A stretch of DNA of 64,000 nucleotides from Takakia lepidozioides (Eukaryota > Plantae > Bryophyta). Below are positions 37,478 through 52,042 of the stretch, piece by piece (position 1 is the first letter of the stretch; each line of letters starts with the position of its first letter). Under the pieces are notes generated by a model. It saw only the letters and a program-made list of their open reading frames with translations, was not told the DNA's origin and made no database searches. The position numbers and the translations under genes are program-made. The stretch spans positions 78,492,001 through 78,556,000 of the forward strand of contig CM060731.1 in NCBI GenBank assembly GCA_030704615.1, in the 5' to 3' direction.

Positions 37478-38929
37478 ATGGTGGTGGCAATGGCGCCCAT
37501 AATCCCGCTTCCCCTGCATGTGATATCTCCGCAAGCACAGGCTCAGAGCCAGGCCCGGACCTGCAAAGTAAGTCCAAGGGGAACAGTGGCATGCATGTCA
37601 TCGCACAACAATACGCCCAAACTGGAGCCCTTCAGTCGCAGCCGCATCAGTCGTCTCGTGCGGGAGCCTTCTCTTCTCGAAAAAGCTGAGCATGCTCTTT
37701 CTGGTAAGAAACTTGTCGTTAGAGCAAGACCGATTAAAGATTCTCCCCCCTTCCCATATTTAAAAATGCACTACCTACCTCTTACCCTGCACCCTTTATA
37801 TGGAATATGGAAGGCAGATTCGGGAAAGAGACGAAGTCGGTGTTTCATATACATTTCTAGCAGTGTGCTTCACATGTTTTGTGTAACTCTTGCCCACTCA
37901 GGATTGGCTGCTCCTTGCGTGGCCTTCGTCATCCAAGTATTCTCGCGCATTATTCTTGGAAACATCTGGTGTGCCTTCTGTTGGGTTGCAGATTTTGTAA
38001 ATTGGACCTTTGAGGATACATGTTGACGATGTTGCAGAGAGTTTTCAGGGAGATTATTAAGACACCTTGATTTCTAATCCAGCAGTGTGTGGTTGCAGAG
38101 CGGTGTACTCAGTTGGAAGGGGATGAGGCATATCGCTGTTGGGAAGCACTTTTTGAGTTTGAGGACCTCAAGGTTAGTTAATTGTAAGGGAGCACATGCC
38201 AATTGCGAGGATCATAACAGTTGCACTCTCATAATCAGTTAGAGACTGGGCCACGAGAGCTAGCAAGAGGTAACGACCAGTGGTAGCAACTTATTCACGT
38301 TGGTCTCTCAGGTTGTGCCTTCTGACAAGGCATCTTGCAAGAGTTTCCCGAAGAGGCTAGGAGTGGATGCTCAGATATATCAGAGAAGCCACTTCAAATG
38401 TTGATGTGGAGAGGTCTGCAAAAGATTGACAATGAGATTGGTGCATTTGTGCAGGAGGAATATGAGGTGAAGTGTGGCAAAGCTTCCAGTGATGATCGAG
38501 GAAACGCATGCCGCCCACTCGAGCGCTTTGAGAATTTGGTTCGCCAGTCAGGTCAATTTGCTTTTCCCTCTTCTACCTTCCTTGGCCAATGATCACAGAT
38601 GGAAGGAACCTTACCCATTTTGATGCCGGGATGACAGTTTCTTTGTTAATGTTCTTCCCTCTGTATTTCTTGGTCATGCAGGTGGGGTGTCAGGGTTGAT
38701 AGACAATGTGAGGATGGTGGCAAAGGCCACTAAGCTGCACCAGCACCCTGGTGACATAGCAGCTCCCAACCCCAGACCAATATTTCCAGAGGACGGGGCG
38801 CTGCCTAAGAGTGTGGAAGAGGAGCACATGGATGATTCTGCACTCCTGCCTGAATCATCAAACACACGGATGCTACGCCACCGAGGTCCCACGGCTCCTT
38901 GGTTCACCCATCCTCCTGATCACACCTGA
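37478..38929 (+). CDS. MEE14: CCG-binding protein 1 / MEE14-like protein (4 exons: 37478-37703, 38099-38172, 38455-38551, 38682-38929)
   Basis: PKLEPFSRSR..EPSLLEKAE..CTQLEGDEAYRCW..GGVSGLI..LPKS..PES..TRMLR..WF..PDH; GT-AG introns preserve the frame. Confidence 0.8.
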
Positions 38930-39927
38930 CTGCAAAAATCCTTCACTTGATCTTGCCGCCCACGATTTGTACAATATATGCGAGGAAATTTTGTAAATAG
39001 AAGCTGATACAGCAGGCGTGTATAAACCTGAGCAGAGTATTATGGACTTGCCCATTGGAAAACAGGTGGAGATGGTGTGAGGTAGATCTCCACCATGAAT
39101 GCGAGTTTAAGAGAAGGACACTAGTCGTTTGTACATACGTTAGTGAGTGATGAAAGGAGGTGAGTATGGCGATTTCCATGCTTTTGTAGATAACATGGGG
39201 TGTGTGGAACATAGGTTCTTGTTTAAAGTTGGATTGGAGTTTTTGAAGAAGGCACATTTCTGCGTAGAAGTTAACAGTGATGGAAGATCAGGTCTCCAGT
39301 TACATTAGGAGAAAGGAGAGCTCCATCTGTGAGCCACTAGTTTGATGTAAGTAGCAGGTGTTCTAGGTTGCTCATGATAAGCTGTACATATCTTAAACCT
39401 TGTCAGAGTTGTTGGCCTCTGCTTCCATTACAATTTCTAAAGAGACCACAACAGATGATTCTACTTCGCCCTATTTTGTATGTAATGTCAACCTATATTT
39501 GCACACTCGAATACTCTCATGTACATCAGTAGTTGATATTCTACTGACACAGCAGGGTGCTACAAACATCTGCAATTTCTGTGGGCTTGCAAATTACAGG
39601 TGCTAATCCAACCAAACCTGGGTCTCCAGCCTTAGGGCTAAAGCTGCTTCACCATATTTCCTTTACTCTTAGTCACTGATGCAGTTAGAAAGGTCCTCTC
39701 TAGGTTGTGCAGTCAGTGACCCTAGAATACACATCATTTTGCTCCAAGTTAATGCACCATTATGCTTTCTGATGATACAAGTTGCCTGGAGTTGATCTTT
39801 AAAACTCCACCCTAGGTCTGTCATGATCAATATGAAAAGATCTAAAAGCATTTTTAATGTCCAGTTGAAGATGATATGAATACATGCTATTTACTGTCGG
39901 AAATTACGCCAAATAATGCTCTGAAGT

Positions 39928-42735
39928 TCATCTACTTACTTCTAAATTATCCAATCGAGTACACAAGGGGCTCATTGCTTTTTTAAACGCAGCATCAAAT
40001 GTAGATTCAGAGAAGCGGGATGCCCGCAGTCTTGCTGCTTTGGCAATATGTATCCGCTCATCATCCACCATTGAGAGTACACAGCACATAGCATCTGCAA
40101 ACTCGGCAGCAGTACTAGCCAGAAAACCTGTGCTTTCTCCTCCTTCCTTGACCACTATGTCCAGCTTGGGCCCTGCTGAATTATGAGCTGCAACCACAAG
40201 AAAGTGATACGCGATCTTAATTAACCAGGAAGAATCCAGTATAGTCAAATTTTTGTTCTACTTTTAATTGATCACATTGAAACTGATTGTTTTAATTGCA
40301 TCCATGGACTGGATGTGCGATTTTTACATGGAGAGGAGAGAGGAGAGTACTAACCAATAGGGACAGCCCCAGCAGCCATGTATTCCACCACACTGATGCC
40401 GAAGTGTTCGTCTGTCATAGTGTGAAGGCCAGCAACTGCACCCCCCAGCAATTCCACGAGCTCCCTGTTTGACATGCCGGTTGCAAGTTAAGGTCATGAT
40501 GAGAATTTGCATGGCAATAAGCACAACTTTGAAAAAGATGATTGAATGTTTGCTTGGTGACAAAAAGTAGGGTAGTGCACAAACCTATAGGGCACACTCA
40601 GGCAGAAGTCAACGTGCTGATGTAAGCCTAATTCCTGGCACTTGAATTTAAGATTTGCCACTCGCTCCTCATCTTCCTGATTTCTACAGCTGCCGACCAG
40701 CTTCAAGCGTGCCCCTTTGTGCTGCTCGGACAACTGCTCCATTGCCAGAGCAAATGCTTCTAGCTGCAACCCATGCGCCTGCAATCACTGCTTGTCAATT
40801 ATAACCTCTGTACACCGTCCCCTGCCACATGTGCAATATGCCTTCACACAGATGTGCAACCAGCACAATACTAACAGTTGTGAATGCTGTCTTCAAAACA
40901 GATAAGAAAGATGTGATGGATTACCCGAAGACTGCAATATAAAATGTGTGTGCTAGTTACTGCTCTGACTTTTTGTTTTTAAATGTCACAGCAAAATGTC
41001 TTGTACTGTAGAGCTACAGGCCACAAAGCAAAATGGGAAAATGTGGAGAGAGATGGGACAGGCAGATACAAGCCGAGGGAGAGAAAAGAATAGAAACGGA
41101 GGACAGGGTAAGTACCTTCTCAGGCCGAAATTGAGCAACAGAGATGATGTAGGGGGGTTTTACTGACCGCTCCAGGGGAAGCGCCTGCTTGCCAGAGGTT
41201 ATGAAACGGTCAACATCTCTGCAAGCCAATGCCCACAACCAAAATCACCTATACTCTGTCCTTCCTCTGAACTGCATACAGTATATAGGTCAGGTCTGTA
41301 AGAAGCCAGAAACCCTTGCTACCTACCACATTTGTCTGCATCTTCGAATCCCTAGCAAGTTACCTCGTCAAGTCGTCACAGCTGAAGACCAAATGTAAGG
41401 TGCAACAGCAAGTAAATTAAGCTGACCTGGCTAGTTGGCAAAATGGAAATGGGTCAAACTGATCACATATTTCTTGACTTCCATCTGGGCTCCCAAACAA
41501 AAAAAGCAGGGAAACAGGGGGATGGAGGGGGACCTGAAGGGTGAGAGTGTCACAAGGCGGGTAGACAAGAAAAATGTGATTTGGAATCTTCCAGAGCTGA
41601 CTGATGTGTGTCTTTGTCCATGATGAATTAACCATGGCCAGATGCACACAGCAGCCTGCCAAACCATAGAGCCAGGCCATCATTCTGTAGTATGCTGCCT
41701 TCCCTGCTGTCAACCAATAGCTGCACCTCCAATGACCAGTACTGAGATGCAGTTTTTTCAAATCAAATTAGCAACTCATGTCCATTGTGCAATTGACTGT
41801 CATTCCACTGCATACTGCATTCCTCCCTGACAGCCACTACAAAAGGACATACCTGGAGGCCTCAAAGTATGATAAAGTGAGGGGACTTTGTTCATTTGCA
41901 GCCTTAATCACGAGATTGCTCATCACAAGTAGGAGTATACACCTGCCTGTGGGCAATGAAGGCGTCATTGTTGTAGAGAGAGGCCCGACTCCACACACGG
42001 TCCAGCATATCTGAGCTGATGGTGGGGTAGTGTGTGTAGCAAGCCACGAGGCAGCCTGCGGTGCGTGCCAGCACATATGTGAAGGCGTAGCCACTGGTGT
42101 CCACAAATAGCAAAGGGGTCACAATACTCAGTGCCTCCCATGCCAGTACCATCGACCCCAAGCTCTGCCCTATCAATGTGGCGTGCGGGTAAGTGCTTGC
42201 CTCTACCAACTTTCTCCATTGTAATCTCACCACCTGCCACCCCAAACACATTTGATAGATATCATGGGGTTCGGTGTTTTGTAACACAATGCATCCATTC
42301 TCTGTTGTCATAATAAAATCTCTTTTAACTGTTATCCGTGCAGACTTGCCCATCCTGTTCAGTGCTCTATTCTTAAAAGTGTATCGGTGGTCCCAGCATA
42401 GGTAGAGAGAAAGTGGAAGGAGGTGGAGGGTGGATAACAACCATTGGGGGTTTTATGAGCCGAACTCCAAATAGGTCCAAAGCACGGGCAGCCAACTCCT
42501 GAGATGTGGTAGGGTCACCCGTGTAGATGACAACGTTCAGGTCGGGCAACATCTCCTGAGTGGCCCTCACAGCGCACCACAGCACTCTCTCTCCTCCGCC
42601 CCCATCGTTGGTAAAAGGGTGAAAAAATCCCACCACTCTGTGCTTCCTCCTACTCCGCAAGCGCAAGAAGAGCGATGAAAGACCCAGTGCGACGATGATA
42701 AAAGCCCAGCAAATTACAACCCAAGCCAGCATCAT
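39928..42735 (-). CDS. ALG11: GDP-Man:Man3GlcNAc2-PP-dolichol alpha-1,2-mannosyltransferase (multi-exon)
   Basis: N-terminal TM helix, [82 protein letters not shown]. Confidence 0.95.
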
Positions 42736-43855
42736 CTCGTCAAACCCGCCCTATCCCCCCAGTCTCCGGATATCACGTACAACAGTAACAAAAACCCTAG
42801 ACTGTACAAACGCACAGACGAACGATCGCCCAGCCTGCGTTGCTTGCAACAAGCAACCCGACTGAGACAGGGGCTACGATACAAATCCTCCCACAGATCC
42901 CACACAAAACTGCATCGATGCTGAAAATCCCACCAGATCCTCAATTAAGCTATACATCCTCAATCCTCAATCCTCGATCCAGAAAGACGTCCACAGATGT
43001 GCGGAAATCCTCCCCATTCCATTCCATTCTCTAAAATCTTTCACACAGCACTGCCCCACCAGGGATGCGAGATGCATGGCAAGTACTTACCAGCATGCCT
43101 GGAAGAGAGAAAGGTAGCACGCCAGTCAGCGACCGCGGTCGTCCGCGGCTGCCGCGCGGTTGATGTGGCTTTCCTCGTTTTTTTTTTTTCCCCCTCGTAT
43201 TCAAACTTCAACGTACTTTTTTCTTAAAATCAAAAATCGAACAGCAAAAAAAAAACACAGCGAAATCAGCATTTTTTTTAAAAAGAACAGCGAAAATCGG
43301 AAAATAAGAAACGGCCCCATAATTAGAGAAGGTGAATAGGGAGTTACCTAGTACACAGACGAAAGACATCCGTGTTGGATGAACGTTGTCGCTTACGAAT
43401 GAAAATACCCCTCGTTTGAGAAAGGTAGGAAGACGGAGGCGAAGAAGAGAGCTTAGGCATGGCGAAGAGGTCGAGAGCAGCAGGGGGGCCCTGCTGTCGT
43501 TTGCGTGCGGACCATGCAACCCTGGACTAAGTTACTTAGTGCAGGGTCTGCAGCCACATTTGGTACTTTTGCCGCTGCGTTTTTCGTTCAAACGTGGCGG
43601 TGGTAGATTTTATTTCGACTATGCAGGGGTATGATGGACTAATGTATGTCTGAGAGCTCTGGTCGAGTTTCACATCTTGTGACACAGAGGACAATCTTGC
43701 AGCTTCACAAGGAAAAATGACTGTAAATAGGTCACATATAGAATGGTTTTAGCTCCTTCTGTGAATCTCTCTGGTTTCATCTGCTCTTGCCTTTTTTCTG
43801 GTGTCCCTGGCCCTTGGTTGTCGGTTCCACCTCCGTAATCTTCTTGTGCTGGTGC

Positions 43856-46800
43856 ATGGAGGGGCCGATGGATCTGAATGTTGCCCCATCGACGGACGAA
43901 GATGAAGATGAGAGACAGGAATCTGCTGTTGACACTATGCGCCGGGTGTGTTCCCCTGTGCCTCACTGTGACTATGTAGGGTAATGTCATGTATGTTTTG
44001 CTTCAGTTGAACTGTATTGGACAGTTTCCTTGACAGCAGGTGGTTTTTGGTCCGACTTCAATTCTTGTAAAAGTTCCGTCAGCATTCATGTGGGTCGCAA
44101 AACAGTATTGTAGAGCTAAGTTACTTTCTAACTTAACTTGCTCCAGAGGTTTTTCCTTTCCTATCCGCCTGTCTTTTCGGACAGAAGCCCCCTCGTCCGA
44201 CACCGTTCTTGAATTTCGGTTTAGGTCTCATCTTTCTCCGTGTTCTCAACAGTAGTCCTCAGACTTCTTAAACTCTCACCGTTGTCCTCGTCTGCTGCGT
44301 TAATTTACCTCCTCGGCGTGGTTGCCATGTCGAGACCATTACCTTGCTCTTGTGGCGCCTTGTGTAGGGCCATTGTTGTACTGAATATCTTCAAAGTGTT
44401 TTCTTCAGTAGTTTGTACCCGTACAGAACCCTAAACCCCTAAGTTTAGCTGGAGCAATGCAGTCACACTCATGCTTTTAAGCGTTCGTCATTAAGTCCTG
44501 GACCCTATGTGGAGAGTGCGAGGATTTCGACAATGACTATACCATACACGTGCAGGAAAGAGCGGAGCGGATGCTCAGAATGAAACGTCAGCGTGAAGAA
44601 GAAGGCTCAGAGGACAAGACCACCAAAATTTCAAAACCATCTTTCCCTACACCTGCAGGCAAGCCTAACGAGAGGCTCCGGTCTGTGGGACCTATACCTG
44701 AAGGTATCTTCAAGCATCTTGCAAGATGAGTGAAAGAGAGGTGGAGAAAAGGTGTCCATTCAGTATTGATGTGCAGACATTTGGGTTGTATGTTAAGCTC
44801 TGAATTTCCCGTCCAGTAGTAGATGGTTATTAAACAATAAGAGGGGAGCTGTGTTATAACCACAGTGATTCGGAAGGAGTCCTTATGCATTGGCTTGCAT
44901 TCAGCTGTCAAATGTCTAGATCGATTACAGTGCATGTTGAACTGTGTTGATGACGGAGGTTGTGTGTTTTTCCAGGATGGATGGATTGTCCTGCTTCTGG
45001 AGAGCCTATTGCAGGTTTGATTCCATCAAAAGTTCCACTGGGTGAATCATTCAACGAGGTCATTGATGCTGGCAAGCGTTACTCCCGTCTGCATGTGGTG
45101 CGACATCAACGAGCTGTAGGCCGTGAGGTCAGCTTTCTAGCTGTTATGAGCTGTGTGTGTGTGTGCCTGTGTGTGTGAGAGAGGGATGTGGAGTTGCGTG
45201 TCATAGTCTTATGGCCATGGAGTGTGCTGCCAATTGAAATGAACTATTCTATTCCTCCAGACATCAACTCAACCACGTAAGATAACATTAGATTGCCACA
45301 TACTATGATCGGTAAATGTATCGCCTAACTTGCTTCAAGTGTAAAGTTGGTGCCTATAACCTAGCTGACCACAAAGTATAATCCCGTTAATCAACCTGTG
45401 AGCTTTGTGAGGCCAGTTTAAGTTTAGTTATGTTTATACATCCACTTGTCCTCCCCCTGTTGTCTATTTGTTTCTCAGACCTTGTTGTATACACTGCTTG
45501 GTATCAGGTGGCAATGGTGATTGACCTTACAAATACATCCCGCTACTACAATGCAAATGAATGGACAAATTCAGGCGTCAAATATGTGAAGGTGCTTACA
45601 GTTTGCTTTGTGTTTATACATGATTGGTGACATGGTTCTGAGGTTGGGGTTCTAGGTAGAAACTCAGACACTTGATGAGTGCCTTTGCAGGTTGCTTGCC
45701 GAGGCCGTGATGAAGTTCCAGACAACGAATCAGTGAATACTTTTGTGTACGAAGTATGTCTACAACCTCCTTCCTTTCCAGATATGAGTGGCAATGCATA
45801 TATGTTTATTGTAGACATCTCCAGGTCTCAGATGATTCTGTTAAAGAGACTGTAGTACTTGTCCACTTCCTCTGAAATAGCTGTAGTCTGCAGATGGTTT
45901 TCTGTATTTTTAGTTCCATAAGCTTGTGGGATTTGGTACAGGTTTTGCGGTTCTTTCATCAGCAACAAGCAAAAGGTGCATTGGCTGGTAACAAGTATAT
46001 ACTGGTGCACTGTACTCATGGCCACAATCGCACAGGCTTTATGATTGTTCACTTCCTAATGCGCACGCAGTGCTCCACTGTTGACCAGGTTCTTCCTGCT
46101 CTTTGCACCTCTCTGGTTAACTTCATAAATAGCTGTTTGCAAGCAACGGAGAGGAAAATACGTTGCCAGTTGAGGATCAGGAGTGCCTGATAGGCATTCA
46201 ACAAACCTTGAGCAAGAAATGAAGAGAAAAGGGAAACTATGTCTTTCTGTCGGGCTTTCTGTCTGAGTATTTGTTTTGTGACTTCCACAGGCAATTCAAT
46301 TGTTTGCACAAGCAAGACCTCCTGGCATCTACAAGCAGGACTACATTGATAGTCTTTTTACCTTCTACCATGAGCACAGATCACAGTCGCTCATTTCTCC
46401 CCGCACTCCTGAATGGAAAAGGCCTGCAACCGTTGATCTGAATGGTGTTGCCAGTGGTGATCCTGATGATGATGACGACGATGATGGTGGCATTTTGGCT
46501 GCACTGCAGGTGCGTGGATTTGGTAGGAGAGGACTTTGTGTGATTCCAAGGTATTACTGGTGTTGTGTGGCATATTGACATTTTGTGGGTAGTCTAACGA
46601 TTGCAGTGCTGAGGTAGATTATGGTTTGTAGAAAGCATAATGTCACATGAGCTGGATTGAGGGCACAGGAGGAGGATCCAAAACCAATGACAAATGATGA
46701 TGTGTTGGGGGATGCAATCCCTGAGGAGCAGCAGCGGGAAATGCAGAGCATGTGTTGCTGGGGCCTTGGCGTGGTGAGTGACCATTTCTCTTATGTGTTC

Positions 46801-49800
46801 CACTGTTCACAGTGACAAGCTATGGAGATAGTCAGGGTTGTTCAAATGTGTGACTAGTGTATCTACTTTAACTTTAACCGAATTAGATACTCCATCTCTC
46901 TTCTCGGGTTTGTGGCTTGAGAGAATTCTGGAAAGGTCACGAAGTTCAAGTTTGGTGTTGCTGTGTCTTTTGGTTGAAGTTATTGGCTGGACTGTTGTTG
47001 CTTGGCCACGTCTCCCCGTGTGTAGAACTAGTCTCTTGTCCCATATTTCAGTGTAGGGCAAACAACAAGTTTGAGGTTTCCCTGCAGCAGTTGGAGTCAG
47101 CCAGTGGGTTTTTGGGGATAGAAGATGGCTGCTTATGTATGGAGATGATGCAATGGGCAGGGCAGGCAGCGTTGGTTTCCAGGGGGTGGTGCTGCTTGTC
47201 TCATCAACACTCTTCTTTGATAGTCCCTTGCGCTGACACCTGCCTATGTTTCATCGGCTTGGGCAGCCTCAGCAAGGTCGTGGGGGAGGAACTCTTCACT
47301 TTCCAGGATCCCAGCCAGTGTCCTTGGACAGGTTTGTCTCCTTCGCCCCATCCCTCTCCTCCCCTTCATTCTGCCAAACATATCTACTGATTGTCATGGA
47401 GAGGGAGGAGATTAAGAGCCAAATGGAGGGAGTTGGGCGGAATAATTTCTTATGTATGTTGTACTTTGGACAAACAAGTTGCATTTGCTTTTACTAGAGT
47501 GTATAAGATGTACTGCATATGATTGTTTTTCATTTAAATTCTAGACCATAGATCCTGTACCTAAGGTTACAAATTCTTCACATCCTCTTGTGGGTCTTGT
47601 AATGCCGCACATAAATGAATAACAAGTCATATAAATATCTTCTTTTTACAACAATTGACACCCTGCAGAATGGGAGATGATCTCTAAAGGTCCTGAACAT
47701 GGAAATTCTAGATAGTACTAATCAATTATGGAGTTGTGGGAGGGTATCCTCTCAATATTGGACCGTGGTTATTCTTAAATCAAGCACATGAAATTATCCT
47801 ATTGAGGACTGGTAGTTTCTGAATATGAAGTTGCAGAGCTTGTTAGATGAGCCACCAAGAGCATGAGAAATTTATTGTGTCTGGTTGGGTGTGGGCAGGA
47901 ATAATTTGCAATTGTTGAGGCAAAAGTACTATTATGCCACCTGGAAAGCAGATGGAACACGCTACATGATGCTTGTCACGAGGGATGGCTGCTATTTGAT
48001 TGACCGGAACTTCCGATTTAGACGCGTGCAACTCCGATTTCCTGTAAAGGTGTCATTGCTTTTCCTCTTCTCTATTCTTTGCTTAACCCTCAGCTTCATG
48101 ATTTCTTTTCGCTGAGGACTCTGCTAAGCAGCTTCTGAACCGTCTCAGGCCAGTTTGTAGAAATCAAAAGCACAATAGCTGAACAGGGATGTTGGGCAGG
48201 GTATTATGTCCAAGGAAACCCCAGCAGAAACTCAGCATCTGACACTGCTTGATGGCGAGATGGTGATTGATAAATTGCCTGATACTGGCGAGTTCAAGCG
48301 GCGATATCTGGTCTATGACCTCATGATGCTCAAAGGAAAACCGCTTGTCAAGGTACCTTCTTGAAGAAGCAAAAGCAAAGTGATAGTATAGATACAAAAG
48401 GCTGGGAAGTACTTTTGTAAAAGAATGTAGGTGACATGTAGATTGTGGGTGATGGATGTGGTATACACTGTCATATTGGTAAACCTAATTTCTACGACAT
48501 CTTACCTATCCTGGACCATGTAGAAGAGCAATCCAAGTGGAGTTTACTGGCATCCTATACATTTATTGGCTAACTTACAACAGAGGTATGAATAGAAAGT
48601 TGAGGGTTGTAGCCTCCTAAGGTCTGTGACAACTAGTACCTAGCAAAGGACTCGCGTGAATCAGGTGCAGTGCCCATTTTTTAAGCATGTGTTGTCCTAG
48701 GATGGGTAAAAAATTGGAACATTGGGCCCAGAGGCCATAATTCTGTTGGCTTCATGATGGCTGGCTTGTGTGGCTCTGCTACACTCGTTGTCAGGAGGCC
48801 CTTGAGCAACAGGCAGGTACTTTGAAAGCTAAGAGGTTGCTTCTGAGTCTCAGTTAAAGACTATTAGGGAACACCTTAAACTTTCATATTCCAGGAGGGC
48901 AGAGGGGATTTGCTCTTAGCAGATCTGGTCCTAATGTTGTCCTCTATCACTCAGGATTTCACAATCCATTTCTGCAGATGCCCATACATTTGCAGCTTCA
49001 ATTACATTACTCACTTCCTTATCTATGGAAGTGACTGCTGGATATTACTAAATTGGGTTGTTTCTGAGGCATGCAGGCGCAGTTTCATGAGAGGTGGAAG
49101 ATGATTGAGAAGGAGGTGTGTGAGCCTCGTCTGCAAGATGCTGCAGCCCTTAAAAATATCTATAACTCTCAGATGGAGCCTTTTTCGGTTTGTTTCTACT
49201 TTTTTTCCGTGACATTGGTTATGAGCCACATCACTTGTATTTTATAGTTTTACTGATTCAGGATCCTCGCACCTGATGCATATTATGAGGTTTTTTGTTG
49301 AATTTGTTTGAGTGCTTTATCTACCCTATTAAAGCCCTATTATCGAAATAAAGCATTCTTATGGAGAAGCAATTCTATTTAATTAGTTTGGTAGGGTGTG
49401 GGACGACCTTGCACAGTACTTGAAGCACACCTTGTGACGTTGTTGATCCCACTTGCAATTTCAGATTTCTAAACATACGTAACCTTCAGAAGCAGCTTAG
49501 GGAGGACTGTAAATCAAAAAGTCTGCTGGGCCTAACCAGTTCATACCGAGGGCATTTTGTACCTATGAGATTCATGTATTTAAATAAGTATTTTTAACTC
49601 CAACACTATCTGCAGGTGAGACGAAAGAACTTTTGGATGCTTTCAACGACTGAGAAGCTCCTTCGTCAATTCATTCCTGGGCTCCCTCACGAGGCAGATG
49701 GCCTCATATTCCAGGTATCTCCTACCACCCTGCTGATGTGTTCCTCCCTTCTTATCTCTTTGGACTCCCAGCATGTGAGCCTAGATGCAGTGTATAATTT

Positions 49801-50976
49801 TCTAAATTGTTGGTGGTGTTTTTCCTGATTTCAGGGTTGGGAGGATCCATATGTGCCACGCACTCACGAGGGTCTTCTTAAGTGGAAATATGCCCACATG
49901 AATTCAGTTGATTTTGTCCTGAAGGTTTACTTTCTCATGCACTGTTTTCCCTTTGTAAATTGCCCTCATCCTTAGGGCTTATGGTTACTTACCTACAAAG
50001 CATTGAAGCTGCTGTGATGTTGGTTCATCTATCCTCTAAACTCCTTTTAAATTTGTTTGTTAAAAGAGTTGGTTGATAGATTTCACCATAGATATCTGTA
50101 GGTTTCTCCTAAATTGTATAAATTTGTGGTCATTATCTAGACCTAGTTGACAGACTTTTCTTATGGGTGGATACAGCAACTCTCTCATGTTTGGAAAGAT
50201 TGAGATATTGGCTTTGGTTCATGCAGGTTTCGCCCACTGGAACACAGTATTATCTCCTATTGATGGAAAAGGGAGGGAAGTTAAAACAGCTTGATCACGC
50301 AAAAGTCATATTTCCAGGTAGGTGATACCTTGTTTGTGTTCTAATGGATGTTAAGGCTGGATGTTGAGGCAGGCTGGCTGGCTGATTGTTCTGGTGCCGT
50401 TGGTGTTTGGTGGCAGAGGGACAGGATGTTGGGAGCATGTCTGGCAAGGTGATTGAGTGTGGCTACATTCGTGAATCTGAGACCTGGAGCTTCATGCGTA
50501 TCCGCTATGACAAGGAAAAACCCAATGCATACCATGTCTACCTCAAGGTCTGTGCATGTCCTGTGGATTTTCTGTACTCTCAGCAGCTAGGCTGGTAGAT
50601 GCAGAGAGCAGAAGTCAAAGGGCTTCTTCGTACAGAGCCAACATGCTGTATGAGGCCGAGGAATGCATGGCTATGTCACTATTAGATGGTGAATTAGGGG
50701 CGTGCAGTGATGTCAACATTCTGATTACAGGTTCTTTCTAGCCTTTTACAAAAATGAGACTATCTTTTCATGATTGGGGGGAAAACAAGGATCTTCCTGC
50801 TTTTGTTGGAGTTGTTGCCTGAAATGGAGGCTCTGACGCAGGTAATGGCAAGCATCAAGGACAACATCACAGACGAAGTGTTAATGGCGGAAATTGAGGA
50901 GATAATCAAGTTGCCCTTATATATAGAGCGTATTGGACGTGACCAACAGCAGGGCCAGCATGCTCGTCGTCGGTGA
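43856..50976 (+). CDS. mRNA capping enzyme (Cys-phosphatase-type RNA triphosphatase + guanylyltransferase), multi-exon
   Basis: MDLN..ESAV, IPSKVPL, IDLTNTSRYY, VHCTHGHNRTG, ARPPGIYK, FPGSQPVSL, TWKADGTRYM, TLLDGEMV, HEADGLIF, LLKWK, MRIRYDKEKPN. Start codon uncertain (43856 or 43868). Confidence 0.95.
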
Positions 50977-52042
50977 CGGTTTTTTTGCTGTGTGGTTTAT
51001 CTGACTGTGCACTGTTATGTACATTTTCTTGGATTGTGCTACAGCTTGATTACAGACAGTTCAGATTTGTGTAGTAATCTGAGAAATGATGGGCTTAGCA
51101 GAGGCTTGTTATTTGTACTCCTTCCTGAGCTATTTTGGGATTTTTACATTTAAGGTTTACACTGTCAGAGGTAGATTTCTAAATTTTTACTTGTGCGGGT
51201 TTTCATCTCTGCATCAATCAAAGCTCATTAAGAATCAATCTTTAGTCAATCTGCAATAGGCATTTTTTTTTTGCTTAGACAAAGAGCGTTCCTACCATTT
51301 GGGGCCAGACTCTTAAGGTTCTTGCTACACAATAAAACTGTACTGTCTTGTTGATTCAAGGATGAGTTAAGACTTGAGTTAAGAAATCCATATGTTTCTA
51401 CAGTGGGTCAATGCATCTAAAGTTGACTCTGTACATTGGACAGGATGATTTTTTTGAGTTGATGTCCCAGGGGCAGTATGTTGTAGGATCAGTGCCACAT
51501 TTTTTTCATCAGGTTACATGTTGAGTGGACAGTAAATTCAGTAGTGTGATCATAACATCCTGATGGATTACTGTTCTTTGTTATCCCAGTGCAGTTTTGA
51601 TGCACGCCTAGTTGTTAGTAGATTGGGATAGCCTATGATCAAAAGGTCAGATCTTTTACCACTGTGAATGCAATTTGTTCTCACCGATATAAAAATCATT
51701 CATTTCTTCACTTGTGTGCTGAAACTCCTGAAGTCCACAGCGTTTTTACTCTTCACTTGCATTGCCTGGACTTCAGACAACTCTCTGACGTGCTGACCTC
51801 CTGTGATTATAGTGTGATTTGCCATCACAGTGCTCATAGCAATCTGCATACTGGTACCATTGCAGAATTTGGGAAGTAACAAGCATCCTTTCTCTGCGTG
51901 GGGTGCCATGTGAGCACATGCAGTACTCCTTCATCCATTGCTCTTGTTACAAGCTCTCAAAGATTATCATGACGCTTTCCAAAGACACTCTCGAGTCAGT
52001 CATGAGGACAGCTCTCATCGAGGACCCCTAGGGACATATCCA